Origin: a virus
Direction: 5' to 3' (one strand)
IMG/VR virus record: IMGVR_UViG_3300050821_011268
Location: 1-46,236 of that record
DNA: 46,236 bases
This document shows positions 23,163 through 31,545 of the stretch, piece after piece. Under the pieces are notes generated by a model. The model worked only from the letters and a program-made list of their open reading frames with translations, searched no databases and had not been told where the DNA came from. The position numbers and the translations under genes are program-made. The number at the start of each line of letters is the position of its first letter. The stretch's first letter is position 1.

Positions 23163-24347
23163 TTGGTGTCCATAAAAAATGCTTCACAACCTGCACGAGT
23201 GTTTTACGGGCTTCACTTTGAGCCCGGCACTGCCGAATACAATGATTCGGATAAAGGTCCTTACAAAATCCTGATCAACGAAGACACGATTCGTCAAATG
23301 AACAAAACATTTGCGGGAAAACCCGTTTACGTCGAACACGTCGACACTGTTGATTTGAAAAAATTTGAGAATGAAGCGGCGGGGCTTGTCGTCGAAAGTT
23401 TTTTCAATTCCATCGACGGAAAAACGTGGGTGAAGTTTGTCGTGTTCTCCGATGCAGGACTGGACGCCATAAAAAAAGGTTGGACTCTTTCAAATGCGTA
23501 TGTACCAATAGCATTCGGTACTGGTGGAACATGGCACGGAATGAAATACGAACGTGAGATCACAAACGCGACGTTCGAGCATCTTGCACTTGTTCCCAAC
23601 CCGCGCTATGAGTCCTCGATCATTTTAGATCCCGAAGGTTTCAAGGCGTACAACGAAAAAAAAGAAATGGAATTGCTAAAAATAGCAAATTCAAAAGGAG
23701 ACGGAAAAATGAAGTTCAATATTTTCAAGCGCGAAAAGGTCACCAACTCTGCGGACCTTGAAAACATGATGGTCACTTTGCCTTTGACTAAAAAAGACAT
23801 CTCCTTGATTGAGGCCATTGAATCGGCCGACAAGTTCCACAATATGCACGGCTATGCCAGTGATGAGCACATGGTAAAATGCGACGATGAAGAGTTCAGC
23901 GTCAAAGACATGCGTAAGAATTGGTCAAAAATGAAAGCTGAAAACGCTGAAATGGGCGACAAAATCAAAGCGCTTGAAGAACACGGAGTTCATGAGAACG
24001 ACGATGATGACGACAAAAATTGCAATGAAGACGAAGAAGAGCATGAGCGTGAAGAAGAAAAGGCGGGCAAAGACAAGGAAAAAGAGAAGGACAAAGACGC
24101 CGCCAAAAAGAACAAAAAGAAAAACGAGCCCAGCGAAGAAGAGATGAAAAAGAAAAAGAACGCAGATGAAGCTGCGGCCAAAGCAAAGAAAAATGCCGAT
24201 GACCTAGCGGCCAAAAAAGATGCTGAAGGCGAAGCTCATTTCAAGAAATTGCAAAACGCGGTCCTGGAAGCAGGCGATCAAGGCACTCGCGAAGTGGTGT
24301 TGAATTCGGATCGTGTGGCCAAAGGAAAGAGCTTGTTCGGTTCTTAA
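23163..24347 (+). CDS. DUF2213-type prohead protease/scaffolding protein with a Lys/Glu/Asp-rich C-terminal half
   Basis: VFYGLHFEPGTAEYND ... KPVYVEHVD ... FEHLALVPNPRYE (DUF2213-like). Typical position before the capsid gene. The start is TTG 23163 or GTG 23166. Confidence 0.7.
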   Translation: MVSIKNASQPARVFYGLHFEPGTAEYNDSDKGPYKILINEDTIRQMNKTFAGKPVYVEHVDTVDLKKFENEAAGLVVESFFNSIDGKTWVKFVVFSDAGLDAIKKGWTLSNAYVPIAFGTGGTWHGMKYEREITNATFEHLALVPNPRYESSIILDPEGFKAYNEKKEMELLKIANSKGDGKMKFNIFKREKVTNSADLENMMVTLPLTKKDISLIEAIESADKFHNMHGYASDEHMVKCDDEEFSVKDMRKNWSKMKAENAEMGDKIKALEEHGVHENDDDDDKNCNEDEEEHEREEEKAGKDKEKEKDKDAAKKNKKKNEPSEEEMKKKKNADEAAAKAKKNADDLAAKKDAEGEAHFKKLQNAVLEAGDQGTREVVLNSDRVAKGKSLFGS

Positions 24348-24398
24348 ATAAGCGAAACAGTTTTGATTTAATTTTTTCATAACTAAGGAGATTTTCAA

Positions 24399-25169
24399 AT
24401 GGCAGTAACAGCAGGTGCATTAAGTAAGGTAAGCGTTCAGGCGACTTCTGACGTCTTGTCGAGCGCTGTCGCAACTGGCGGCACTGGCCCTTATACATAT
24501 CAATGGTATCAAAGCACGGTTTCCGGTTTCGCTCCTGGTCCTAGTAATTTAGTTGCGGGCGCGACTTCGGTTGCACCAAGCAACCAAATGTTCACTGGTC
24601 TTCAACCGGGCACGACTTATTACTACATTGTCGTAGCGACCGACACCGGTGCTGGAAACGCGACTTCCAATTCCGCACAACTTGCAGTGGTTACGGCACC
24701 CGCGCAATCGCCTAACCAAGTAACCCAGTCACCTGTCGCGGGCATGCCCGATCAGAAGTACAGCTATAATACCAAAGCCGCATTGATTGACGTTTCCGAA
24801 GTGAATCAAAGCATCGCGGGCAGTGCCGTTAAGATCGTGAGCACTTCCAAAGGTGTCATGAAAGTGGTCAAGTGTACCGCTGATACCGATCAAGTGTTGG
24901 GCTTCATCGTGTACGATGTGAAATCGCAATTCTTCACCATCGGAGACCGCTGTGAGATTGCCCAAGGGGGCGATGTTCTTTATCTCATCTCGGTGGGTGC
25001 GATCAGCGCGGGTCAGCAAGTGCAACTCGATCTCACCTATGAAGGTGGTGTGAAAGCAATCAGTGGCGGGTCGGGTGCGAATTTGGTTGGATGGGCTATG
25101 GATTCGGCATCCGGCGATGGTCAATTGATCCGAATCAATATCGCAGCACCGCAGTATTCGTTTGCCTAA
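24399..25169 (+). CDS. Head decoration protein: N-terminal Ig/FN3-like domain plus DUF2190-like C-terminal domain
   Basis: GGTGPYTYQWYQS ... TTYYYIVVATD (Ig/FN3-like). The C-terminal half has LGFIVYDV ... GDRCEIAQGGDV ... ISAGQQV. Strong SD AAGGAG. Confidence 0.6.
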   Translation: MAVTAGALSKVSVQATSDVLSSAVATGGTGPYTYQWYQSTVSGFAPGPSNLVAGATSVAPSNQMFTGLQPGTTYYYIVVATDTGAGNATSNSAQLAVVTAPAQSPNQVTQSPVAGMPDQKYSYNTKAALIDVSEVNQSIAGSAVKIVSTSKGVMKVVKCTADTDQVLGFIVYDVKSQFFTIGDRCEIAQGGDVLYLISVGAISAGQQVQLDLTYEGGVKAISGGSGANLVGWAMDSASGDGQLIRINIAAPQYSFA

Positions 25170-25201
25170 TCTGTGACTTTTTAAATAAAAGGAGTTTACC
25201 C

Positions 25202-26254
25202 GTGGAATATGAAGTACGAAATGCAAAAGGTGAGCTGATAAAGCTCACTCCTCGTGAGGCCCTAATCGCGAACTACTGGCAGCGTCACATCAAGAACGCT
25301 CTCGGTTATGATATTCAAATCACCACTTTGACGACCATTGTGAAAAAGGTCTCAGAGCAAAAGTTTTACGAAATCCCACCCGCTGACTACATGCCAATCG
25401 TTGTCGGAAATGGTGCCTGGTCTGATCAACTGACCACTTATCGTTCGTACAATATGGCGGACAGTTTCGAGACAGGTATCATCAACACGGGCACCAACAA
25501 CGCTCGTATGGCGAATGCTGATGCTGGTGTTGATTCGCTGACCATCAAAGTGTTCAACTGGGCGAAAGCCGTTGGTTGGAGCATCTTTGATTTGGAATTG
25601 GCCGCGAAGTCTGGAAATTGGGATCTGATCGCCGCCAAAGAAGAGTCCAGGAAGAAAAACTGGGATCTCGGAATTCAGCGGATCGCATTCCTCGGTGCTT
25701 CGGGCGTCAACAGCTCCTCGGGTTCATGCCTTGGTCTCTTGAATCAACCGACCGTTACCCGCGATACTCTTACAATCACGCAAGCAATCAGTTCGTATAC
25801 ATTCACGCAATTGAATGCATTCGTGCAAAAAGTGGTTGAAGCGTACCGTGCGAACGCACAGCGTACGGTCTACCCGACCCATTTCATTATCCCAGAATCG
25901 GATTACAACGGATTGAATGTCTTTTCGAATCCGGAATTTCCTCTCAAAACTTCCATGGAAGTGCTTGAGACCATGTTCAAGACCGCTTGCAAAAACCCGA
26001 ATTTCAAAATCTTGCCGAACATTTATGGTCAGGTTTCGTATGCGGGTGCGGGCATCTTGCCGAGCCAATTCGCGACGCAAATGTATGTGCTCTTGAACTA
26101 CGACGAGAAGTCGGTTCGGATGGACGTGCCGGTTCCGTATACCAACACCTTGGCCAACACTCTGGATGGCTTTAATTTCCAGAACGCGGCTTACGGTCAG
26201 TTCACTGGTGTACTCGCCTATCGTCCGCTCGAAATGTACTACATGGGCTTTTAG
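25202..26254 (+). CDS. Major capsid protein (DUF2184-type, HK97-fold inferred)
   Basis: GTG 25202 lies 7 nt after AAGGAG. 350 aa. Its position after scaffold and decoration genes is typical of DUF2184 pairing with DUF2213. The track start 25091 overlaps the decoration gene. Confidence 0.8.
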   Translation: MEYEVRNAKGELIKLTPREALIANYWQRHIKNALGYDIQITTLTTIVKKVSEQKFYEIPPADYMPIVVGNGAWSDQLTTYRSYNMADSFETGIINTGTNNARMANADAGVDSLTIKVFNWAKAVGWSIFDLELAAKSGNWDLIAAKEESRKKNWDLGIQRIAFLGASGVNSSSGSCLGLLNQPTVTRDTLTITQAISSYTFTQLNAFVQKVVEAYRANAQRTVYPTHFIIPESDYNGLNVFSNPEFPLKTSMEVLETMFKTACKNPNFKILPNIYGQVSYAGAGILPSQFATQMYVLLNYDEKSVRMDVPVPYTNTLANTLDGFNFQNAAYGQFTGVLAYRPLEMYYMGF

Positions 26255-26284
26255 TTTAGTCCTTCCCCTGACGGTGAAGGATGT

Positions 26285-26310
26285 GGCCAGGAGTAATCCT
26301 GGCCTTCGTC
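26285..26310 (+). terminator. Strong hairpin after the capsid gene (attenuator or RNA-stability element)
   Basis: GGCCAGGA-GTAA-TCCTGGCC is a perfect 8-bp stem with a GNRA loop (26285-26304), followed by TTCGTC. The T-tract is weak, so termination is probably partial. Confidence 0.4.
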
Positions 26311-26326
26311 TGAGGAGGAGGGATAC

Positions 26327-26758
26327 TTGTTCGCGTTTCCAGTGGTCGCCGATTTTAAAGCATATTTCGTTAGGGATTTTCCCTACGGCACCGATGTGAA
26401 CGCGAACGTTCTCGATCAAGACATTGCGAACGCCCAAACAGAGGCGCAAGTGTCGATCAACCAAGCATTATTTCCTGATCAAAACACTTTTAATTTAGGT
26501 TTCAATTTGTTCACCGCGCACACGCTCGTGGTGAATCTCAGAGCGTCCTCACAGGGAATTTCTGGCCAATTCGCGTGGCTTCAAAGCGGGCATTCAGTGG
26601 GGAACGTTTCTGAAGCCTTCGCGATTCCTGAACGCGTTCAAGCGAGTCCCATGTACGCGTATCTCACCAAAACAAATTATGGTGCGAAATATTTAAATCT
26701 GATTTTTCCAAATCTCATTGGTGTGGTATCAACCGCCCATGGGAGGACCAATGCTTAA
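26327..26758 (+). CDS. DUF4054-like head-tail connector protein
   Basis: FKAYFVRDFPYG ... FTAHTLV ... VGNVSEAF ... LTKTNYGAKYL. TTG start after GGAGGAGGG. Confidence 0.6.
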   Translation: MFAFPVVADFKAYFVRDFPYGTDVNANVLDQDIANAQTEAQVSINQALFPDQNTFNLGFNLFTAHTLVVNLRASSQGISGQFAWLQSGHSVGNVSEAFAIPERVQASPMYAYLTKTNYGAKYLNLIFPNLIGVVSTAHGRTNA

Positions 26759-27269
26759 TATGAAAGGTTTAGACGATCTTCTCAAGGCCATAAAGAGCCC
26801 ACCAATTGTCCGCGTGGGAATTCTCGGTGGTAAAAATCAGCGTTCCGAAAAGCAACATGCGCATGGGCCGCAAAAGACATTGTCCATGGGCTCACAGTAT
26901 GCACTTCCCACCATTGGGCCATCGAATGCCGAGATCGGGCTTAAGCACGAGTATGGCTCGGCGAAAGAAGGCTTACCAATCCGGTCATTCTTGAAAGAAC
27001 CAATTACGGACAATCTCCAGAAATATCTAGATGTTGCTGGCGCATTCTCACCCGGCGCGGTCAAACGGATCATTCAAGCCCGTTCCCTTTCGCTCTTTAT
27101 GAAAAAAGTCGGAATAATCGCTGAGACGATTGTTCAAGACGCTTTCCAAACGGGCGGCTTCGGGAAATGGAAACCCTCGAATATGAAATACAAAAAAGTT
27201 CAACAGACTTTGGTGGAAACGCAACAGCTGCGAAATTCTATCACGTCAGATGTTAAGGAGACCGCCTAA
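26751..27269 (+). CDS. Head-tail joining protein (HK97 gp10-like)
   Basis: ATG 26751 after GGAGG. NAEIGLKHEYGS ... LPIRSFLKEP resembles the gp10-family motif. Confidence 0.5.
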   Translation: MLNMKGLDDLLKAIKSPPIVRVGILGGKNQRSEKQHAHGPQKTLSMGSQYALPTIGPSNAEIGLKHEYGSAKEGLPIRSFLKEPITDNLQKYLDVAGAFSPGAVKRIIQARSLSLFMKKVGIIAETIVQDAFQTGGFGKWKPSNMKYKKVQQTLVETQQLRNSITSDVKETA

Positions 27270-27628
27270 TGAGATTCATAATTTTTCTTTTTGTTTTTAT
27301 ATGTTCGCAAGCTTTTGCGACAGTCACCTTGAATCAAGGTCCAAATAACGTATCAAGTCGAGTGGTGTACAGCTCCACTCCGGTTACGACTGCAACACCT
27401 TTGACATTGTTTACTTCCTCTAGATCAGGTACTCGCGTCACAATTTTTGATTCTAGCGGTCAGACCATGCAGCTTATTGTCACTTCAGGTGGCGGCCAAG
27501 TTGACGTGTTGATAATAAATCCCGGTGGTGGAGACTTCAGTCTCACTATCCCTCAGAATGCTGTCGTGAAGCTACAAGCACTCTCGGCCACCGCAACAGC
27601 CGGTGAAAGCGATATAAATTTCTACTAA
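27269..27628 (+). CDS. Small beta-rich protein with an N-terminal signal-peptide-like segment
   Basis: MRFIIFLFVFICSQAFA-TV has a basic n-region, a hydrophobic core and an AxA-like site. TAATG overlap upstream. Confidence 0.55.
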   Translation: MRFIIFLFVFICSQAFATVTLNQGPNNVSSRVVYSSTPVTTATPLTLFTSSRSGTRVTIFDSSGQTMQLIVTSGGGQVDVLIINPGGGDFSLTIPQNAVVKLQALSATATAGESDINFY

Positions 27629-27638
27629 GGAGAGCAAT

Positions 27639-28268
27639 GTGAAAGCACTGATTTTATTATTTTTGACATTGCCTCTTCTGGTCTTTGCAGGCCCTCCAAC
27701 TTCTGTTACGTGGGGTGTTGATGGTAGTGGACATCCTTGCAATTTTAGTTTGGTGTCTAATACTTGCATTTCTTCTGGTGGCGGATCAGTGACAAGCGTC
27801 GGATTAGCCGATGGCTCATCTATTCCCATTTACAGCATCAGTAATAGTCCGGTCACTTCTTCGGGGAATTTGACATTTAGCCTTTTGAGCCAGATCCAAG
27901 GAACCGTACTCGCAGGGCCGACTAGTGGCGCTTCAGCACAACCGACATTTCGTAGACTTATTTCGAGTGACTTACCACCACCACCAAATGCGCATGTAGC
28001 CGTTTTCACCACGGGCACCTATACTTTTGTCACCGGTACCGATCAATATGTGTTCTCGAATTCCAATGGTGCGACTTCTGTCACACTACCTGACATCTCA
28101 TCGATTGATGGAGTAGTGGCCTATTTCAAAAATCTAAATACGGGGGTCATGACGATAAATCCGTTTAGCGGAGTACAGTTTATCGACAATAATTCAGCAT
28201 TCGCGTTGAATGCACAATACCAGTCTATTCAGATAGTTTCACAAGGAGGAAATTGGTGGGTCTTCTAA
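27639..28268 (+). CDS. Fibre-like protein with an N-terminal signal-peptide-like segment
   Basis: GTG start after AAGGAGAG, then KALILLFLTLPLLVFA-GP. The motif SNSPVTSSGNLTFSL ... VLAGPTSGASAQPTFRRLISSDLP is common in phage tail fibres. Confidence 0.6.
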   Translation: MKALILLFLTLPLLVFAGPPTSVTWGVDGSGHPCNFSLVSNTCISSGGGSVTSVGLADGSSIPIYSISNSPVTSSGNLTFSLLSQIQGTVLAGPTSGASAQPTFRRLISSDLPPPPNAHVAVFTTGTYTFVTGTDQYVFSNSNGATSVTLPDISSIDGVVAYFKNLNTGVMTINPFSGVQFIDNNSAFALNAQYQSIQIVSQGGNWWVF

Positions 28269-29686
28269 AATATTTTTTACTGCTGACGTCGGTTTTCGCG
28301 ATTACCGCGAATGCCGCTTATTTTCCAACCACTACTGCGGTTCAATCCATCCCTGCGAATCTTAAACTTCAGGCATGGGCTTTTGATGGCGCAGGCAATG
28401 CAATTACGAGTTCCGGTGGTGCCCTAAGTTGCTCATCGGCGCAATCGGGTTCGTGGTCTATTGGAATCAACAATTTCCCAGCCACCCAACCGATCAGCGC
28501 TGTATCTTTGCCCTTACCCAGTGGGGCTGCAACCTCAGCGGGGCTTACCACGATCAATACCACTTTGGGTTCACCTATGCAGAACAGTGGGGGAAGTGTC
28601 CAGGCAAATGCTGGCACTAACCTAAACACTTCCGCTTTGGCGCTTGAATCCGGTGGGCATTTAGCTTCACTTGATTCTCATTTGCCTGCACAAGGCCAAG
28701 CGCTCGCAGCAGCGTCTCTTCCTGTAGTATTAACAGCAGCTCAGATAACTACTCTCACTCCGCTTTCGTCCATTAGCGTTTCAAATTTTCCGGCTACTCA
28801 ACCGATCAGCGCCGCATCTTTACCACTTCCTAGTGGTGCGGCAACGAGCGCATTGCAATCGACGATCAATACCACGTTAGGTTCTCCCATGCAAAATAGC
28901 GGGGGAAGTGTTACTGCAAATGCAGGTACGAATTTAAACACTTCACTTTTAGCTCTTGATACTTCCGTGAATGGACTTTTGCTCGCGCAAGGCTCGGCCA
29001 CCTCAACTCAAAAAGGAACGTTGATGATGGGTGCCGTCACTACGGCAGCACCAAGTTATACGACCGCCCAAACGAGTCCTTTTTCTCTTACGCTCGCAGG
29101 CAATGTGAGGGTTGACGGGTCCAGTGTTACTCAACCGATCAGCGCCGCATCTTTGCCACTTCCCACTGGTGCGGCCACTTCGGCCAACCAAACCAATGGT
29201 TCTGAAAAAGCACAAATTGTTGATGGATCGGGAAATGTCGTAGGTCCTGTCACAATTCTCAGCGCGGTTAATTACATGCCCGTTGTTATGGCGTCTACCG
29301 CTACACCTGGTTCCGCAGCTGTAGCCCGGTCTATGCAAGTAGCGGGGTCAGATGGGACGAATGCCCAAACTCTTAAGACAGATACTTCGGGACGGATTAT
29401 AAACACGCCGCAAAATACGTATCATCATCTGACAGGTGCCGCGACTACGACCATCAAATCCGGTGCAGGTTATTTGCACAATTTTTGCTATAACACTCAA
29501 GGTGTGGCGACAGTCGCCACCATTTATGACAACACTGCGGGAAGCGGAACGGTGATCGCCATTATAACAGCTGGTGCCGGTGCTTCTTCCCAAGTTTTTT
29601 GTCAACAGTTCGATGTAGCCTTTGCAACAGGTTTGACCATTACAACTACTGTCGCCGGAACTGACGCGACTGTTTCTTACCAATAG
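28253..29686 (+). CDS. Repeat-containing virion-module protein with an N-terminal signal-peptide-like segment
   Basis: LLKYFLLLTSVFAITANA-AY. Three copies of TQPISA(A/V)SLPLP(S/T)GAATS. The start is TTG 28253 or GTG 28256 (5 nt after GGAGGA). Confidence 0.6.
   Translation: MVGLLKYFLLLTSVFAITANAAYFPTTTAVQSIPANLKLQAWAFDGAGNAITSSGGALSCSSAQSGSWSIGINNFPATQPISAVSLPLPSGAATSAGLTTINTTLGSPMQNSGGSVQANAGTNLNTSALALESGGHLASLDSHLPAQGQALAAASLPVVLTAAQITTLTPLSSISVSNFPATQPISAASLPLPSGAATSALQSTINTTLGSPMQNSGGSVTANAGTNLNTSLLALDTSVNGLLLAQGSATSTQKGTLMMGAVTTAAPSYTTAQTSPFSLTLAGNVRVDGSSVTQPISAASLPLPTGAATSANQTNGSEKAQIVDGSGNVVGPVTILSAVNYMPVVMASTATPGSAAVARSMQVAGSDGTNAQTLKTDTSGRIINTPQNTYHHLTGAATTTIKSGAGYLHNFCYNTQGVATVATIYDNTAGSGTVIAIITAGAGASSQVFCQQFDVAFATGLTITTTVAGTDATVSYQ
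28472..29191 (+). repeat. Intragenic repeats: two 60-aa units 312 nt apart plus a third partial unit
   Basis: Units start at 28472 and 28784 (NFPATQPISA.SLPLPSGAATSA...TINTTLGSPMQNSGGSV.ANAGTNLNTS). A partial unit lies at 29126-29191. Confidence 0.85.
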
Positions 29687-29696
29687 GAGAAAGAAT

Positions 29697-29960
29697 ATGA
29701 AAATCAATAATATAACAGCAGCAGATATCACAATTCCAGGTTTAGTTTCAGTGGTTCCAGCGAGTGGGGTTTACTCAGTTGATCCGGATAATGATGATCT
29801 TGACCAGATGTCTAAAAGTGAATTGTTTCGTGCTCTCATAAACATGGGTTCATTGACCCTTCTTTTGGGTGATATTTATACCCCGTCTACTCCCACAGCT
29901 ATGGAAGAATATCTGGATAAAATCGCAAATGGTATATTTTCCCCAATGGCGGAGTCGTAA
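29697..29960 (+). CDS. Hypothetical protein
   Basis: 87-aa ORF with SD AGGAGAAAG. Confidence 0.5.
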   Translation: MKINNITAADITIPGLVSVVPASGVYSVDPDNDDLDQMSKSELFRALINMGSLTLLLGDIYTPSTPTAMEEYLDKIANGIFSPMAES

Positions 29961-29963
29961 AAT

Positions 29964-30410
29964 ATGGCTATTAAACATTATAGATCTACAGGAACCACGA
30001 CCATACTAAATGGGAAATGCACTCTATCGGTCACCATTCCCGGAACGTTTTCCAATCTTACTCCGGGAAGTCCGGCATGGTCGGGGCGAATTATAAAAAG
30101 CCTCGAATGCATGTTCGGCAATGGAGTGACTGGTGATTATGTAACCAATGTGATCGTCAGTGACCCTAATGGCGTCATACCATTGGGTGAACAAGCTTTG
30201 TTTCCGAATTATCCGATTGTGGGCACTCGCATGGACACGGCATTGCCATCAGGGAATCAAGGATTGAATCTGATTCCGGGAGTGGCGCAACAACTAGTTG
30301 AACAGCCTGTTCCCATTGCTAGTGGATTGGTTTTGTCTGCTGATTTCTATAACGCAAGTGCAAGAAGTGATACGCTGGCCCTCAATATTTATTGGGATGA
30401 TCTGACCTAA
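29964..30410 (+). CDS. Hypothetical beta-rich protein
   Basis: 148-aa ORF with a TAATG overlap downstream. Confidence 0.5.
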   Translation: MAIKHYRSTGTTTILNGKCTLSVTIPGTFSNLTPGSPAWSGRIIKSLECMFGNGVTGDYVTNVIVSDPNGVIPLGEQALFPNYPIVGTRMDTALPSGNQGLNLIPGVAQQLVEQPVPIASGLVLSADFYNASARSDTLALNIYWDDLT

Positions 30411-30796
30411 TGGTTATTAGAAATGGTGCAAACACTCTGCTCAATCAAAACTCCGGGACACTCCCGGAGATGAGCGGAGCTTTGCTAAATATGTTCCAAC
30501 AAATGGTGTTTTCAACCATTGCGACATCGAACATAAATTTCCAAGCAGTTGAGGTGCTCACACCGATTTCTTTTCAAGGAGTGTGGCAGCCTTTCACCGC
30601 TGCTCAACTAAAAATCTTGCCCGAAGGCTTAAGGACTTGGTCCTGGTTCATGTGCCACGCGGACCCGTGTCTTCAGCTTCAGACCAAAGAAACGATTGAT
30701 TTTCTAGGTGTGAGATACAGAGTAATGAGCCGCACGGACTATTCGCTCTACGGGTATATGCAATATTCGCTTGTCGAAAGCTGGGTGCCGCTGTGA
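30410..30796 (+). CDS. Neck / tail-completion-like protein
   Basis: 128-aa ORF. LRTWSWFMCHAD ... FLGVRYRVMSRTDYSLYGYMQYSLVE resembles head-tail joining proteins. Call is based on position and pattern only. Confidence 0.45.
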   Translation: MVIRNGANTLLNQNSGTLPEMSGALLNMFQQMVFSTIATSNINFQAVEVLTPISFQGVWQPFTAAQLKILPEGLRTWSWFMCHADPCLQLQTKETIDFLGVRYRVMSRTDYSLYGYMQYSLVESWVPL

Positions 30797-31530
30797 TCCA
30801 ACTTTTGCCCTCCACTGCCGCCATGGCGATCAATTTGACTAAGTCTTTTTTGGCAATTGATGGAACGCCGCCGTATACTTATTCGATTCTACCGCCGCCG
30901 CCGCCTTCGACCGCAGCCGGTGGAACCATTGATCCGGTCACCGGGATCTACACCTCGCCTCCTGTGACGGGCCAGGATTTGATTTTGGTGACCGATTCGA
31001 CTTTGGCCACGGCCCAAGCTCTCGTCACCGTGGGAAACGCGCTAGAGCTTTTTTGTGACATCTTGCAGCAGGAACTTTCTCTAGCTCCCGGCCGGGTATA
31101 CGTGTGGGACCAGCTTTTGCTTCAGCCTAAAGACCCAGGACTTTACATCGCGGTCGCCGCGGCCACACCAAAATGTTTTGGTCAGTCAAAAAGATATGAT
31201 GGTTCCGGTTCAGGACTGGTCTCCATGCAATCATCAAATTGGTATGTGAATTTGAACATCGACTTGATTAGTCGGGGTCCAGATGCGAGAGACCGAAAAG
31301 AAGAAGTAGTGATGGCGCTTCAAAGTGACTACGCGGAATCACAAATGAACGCGAATGCGTTTTACATCGCGAGACTCCCCAATCAATTCGTGAATCTCTC
31401 AAGCGTTGACGGATCATTGATTCCTTACCGCTATAACACAAGTGTTGCTATTCAATATGCGTTAAGCAAAACTGAAAACGTTGATTACTACAGCACCGTC
31501 CCTGATGCCACGGTTACAACGGAACCATAA
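30793..31530 (+). CDS. Tail terminator/neck-like protein with an N-terminal Ig-like domain
   Basis: DGTPPYTYSILP ... GTIDPVTGIYTSPP (Ig-like), then a ~160-aa domain. It lies immediately upstream of the sheath gene. Confidence 0.45.
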   Translation: MIQLLPSTAAMAINLTKSFLAIDGTPPYTYSILPPPPPSTAAGGTIDPVTGIYTSPPVTGQDLILVTDSTLATAQALVTVGNALELFCDILQQELSLAPGRVYVWDQLLLQPKDPGLYIAVAAATPKCFGQSKRYDGSGSGLVSMQSSNWYVNLNIDLISRGPDARDRKEEVVMALQSDYAESQMNANAFYIARLPNQFVNLSSVDGSLIPYRYNTSVAIQYALSKTENVDYYSTVPDATVTTEP

Positions 31531-31545
31531 CGGAGGATTTCCAAA

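Noticed and set aside
23965-24214. Minus-strand ORFs rich in Ser/Phe/Leu
   Set aside because: They are mirror images of the Lys/Glu/Asp-rich low-complexity tail of the scaffold/protease gene. This is a composition artefact.
25091-25201. N-terminal extension of the capsid ORF
   Set aside because: It overlaps the end of the decoration gene. A strong AAGGAG lies 7 nt before GTG 25202 and marks the real start.
25724-26464. 246-aa minus-strand ORF
   Set aside because: It is entirely antisense to the major capsid and DUF4054 genes. Its sequence is Arg/His-rich and not protein-like, it has no RBS, and it breaks the uniform plus-strand operon. It is a shadow ORF.
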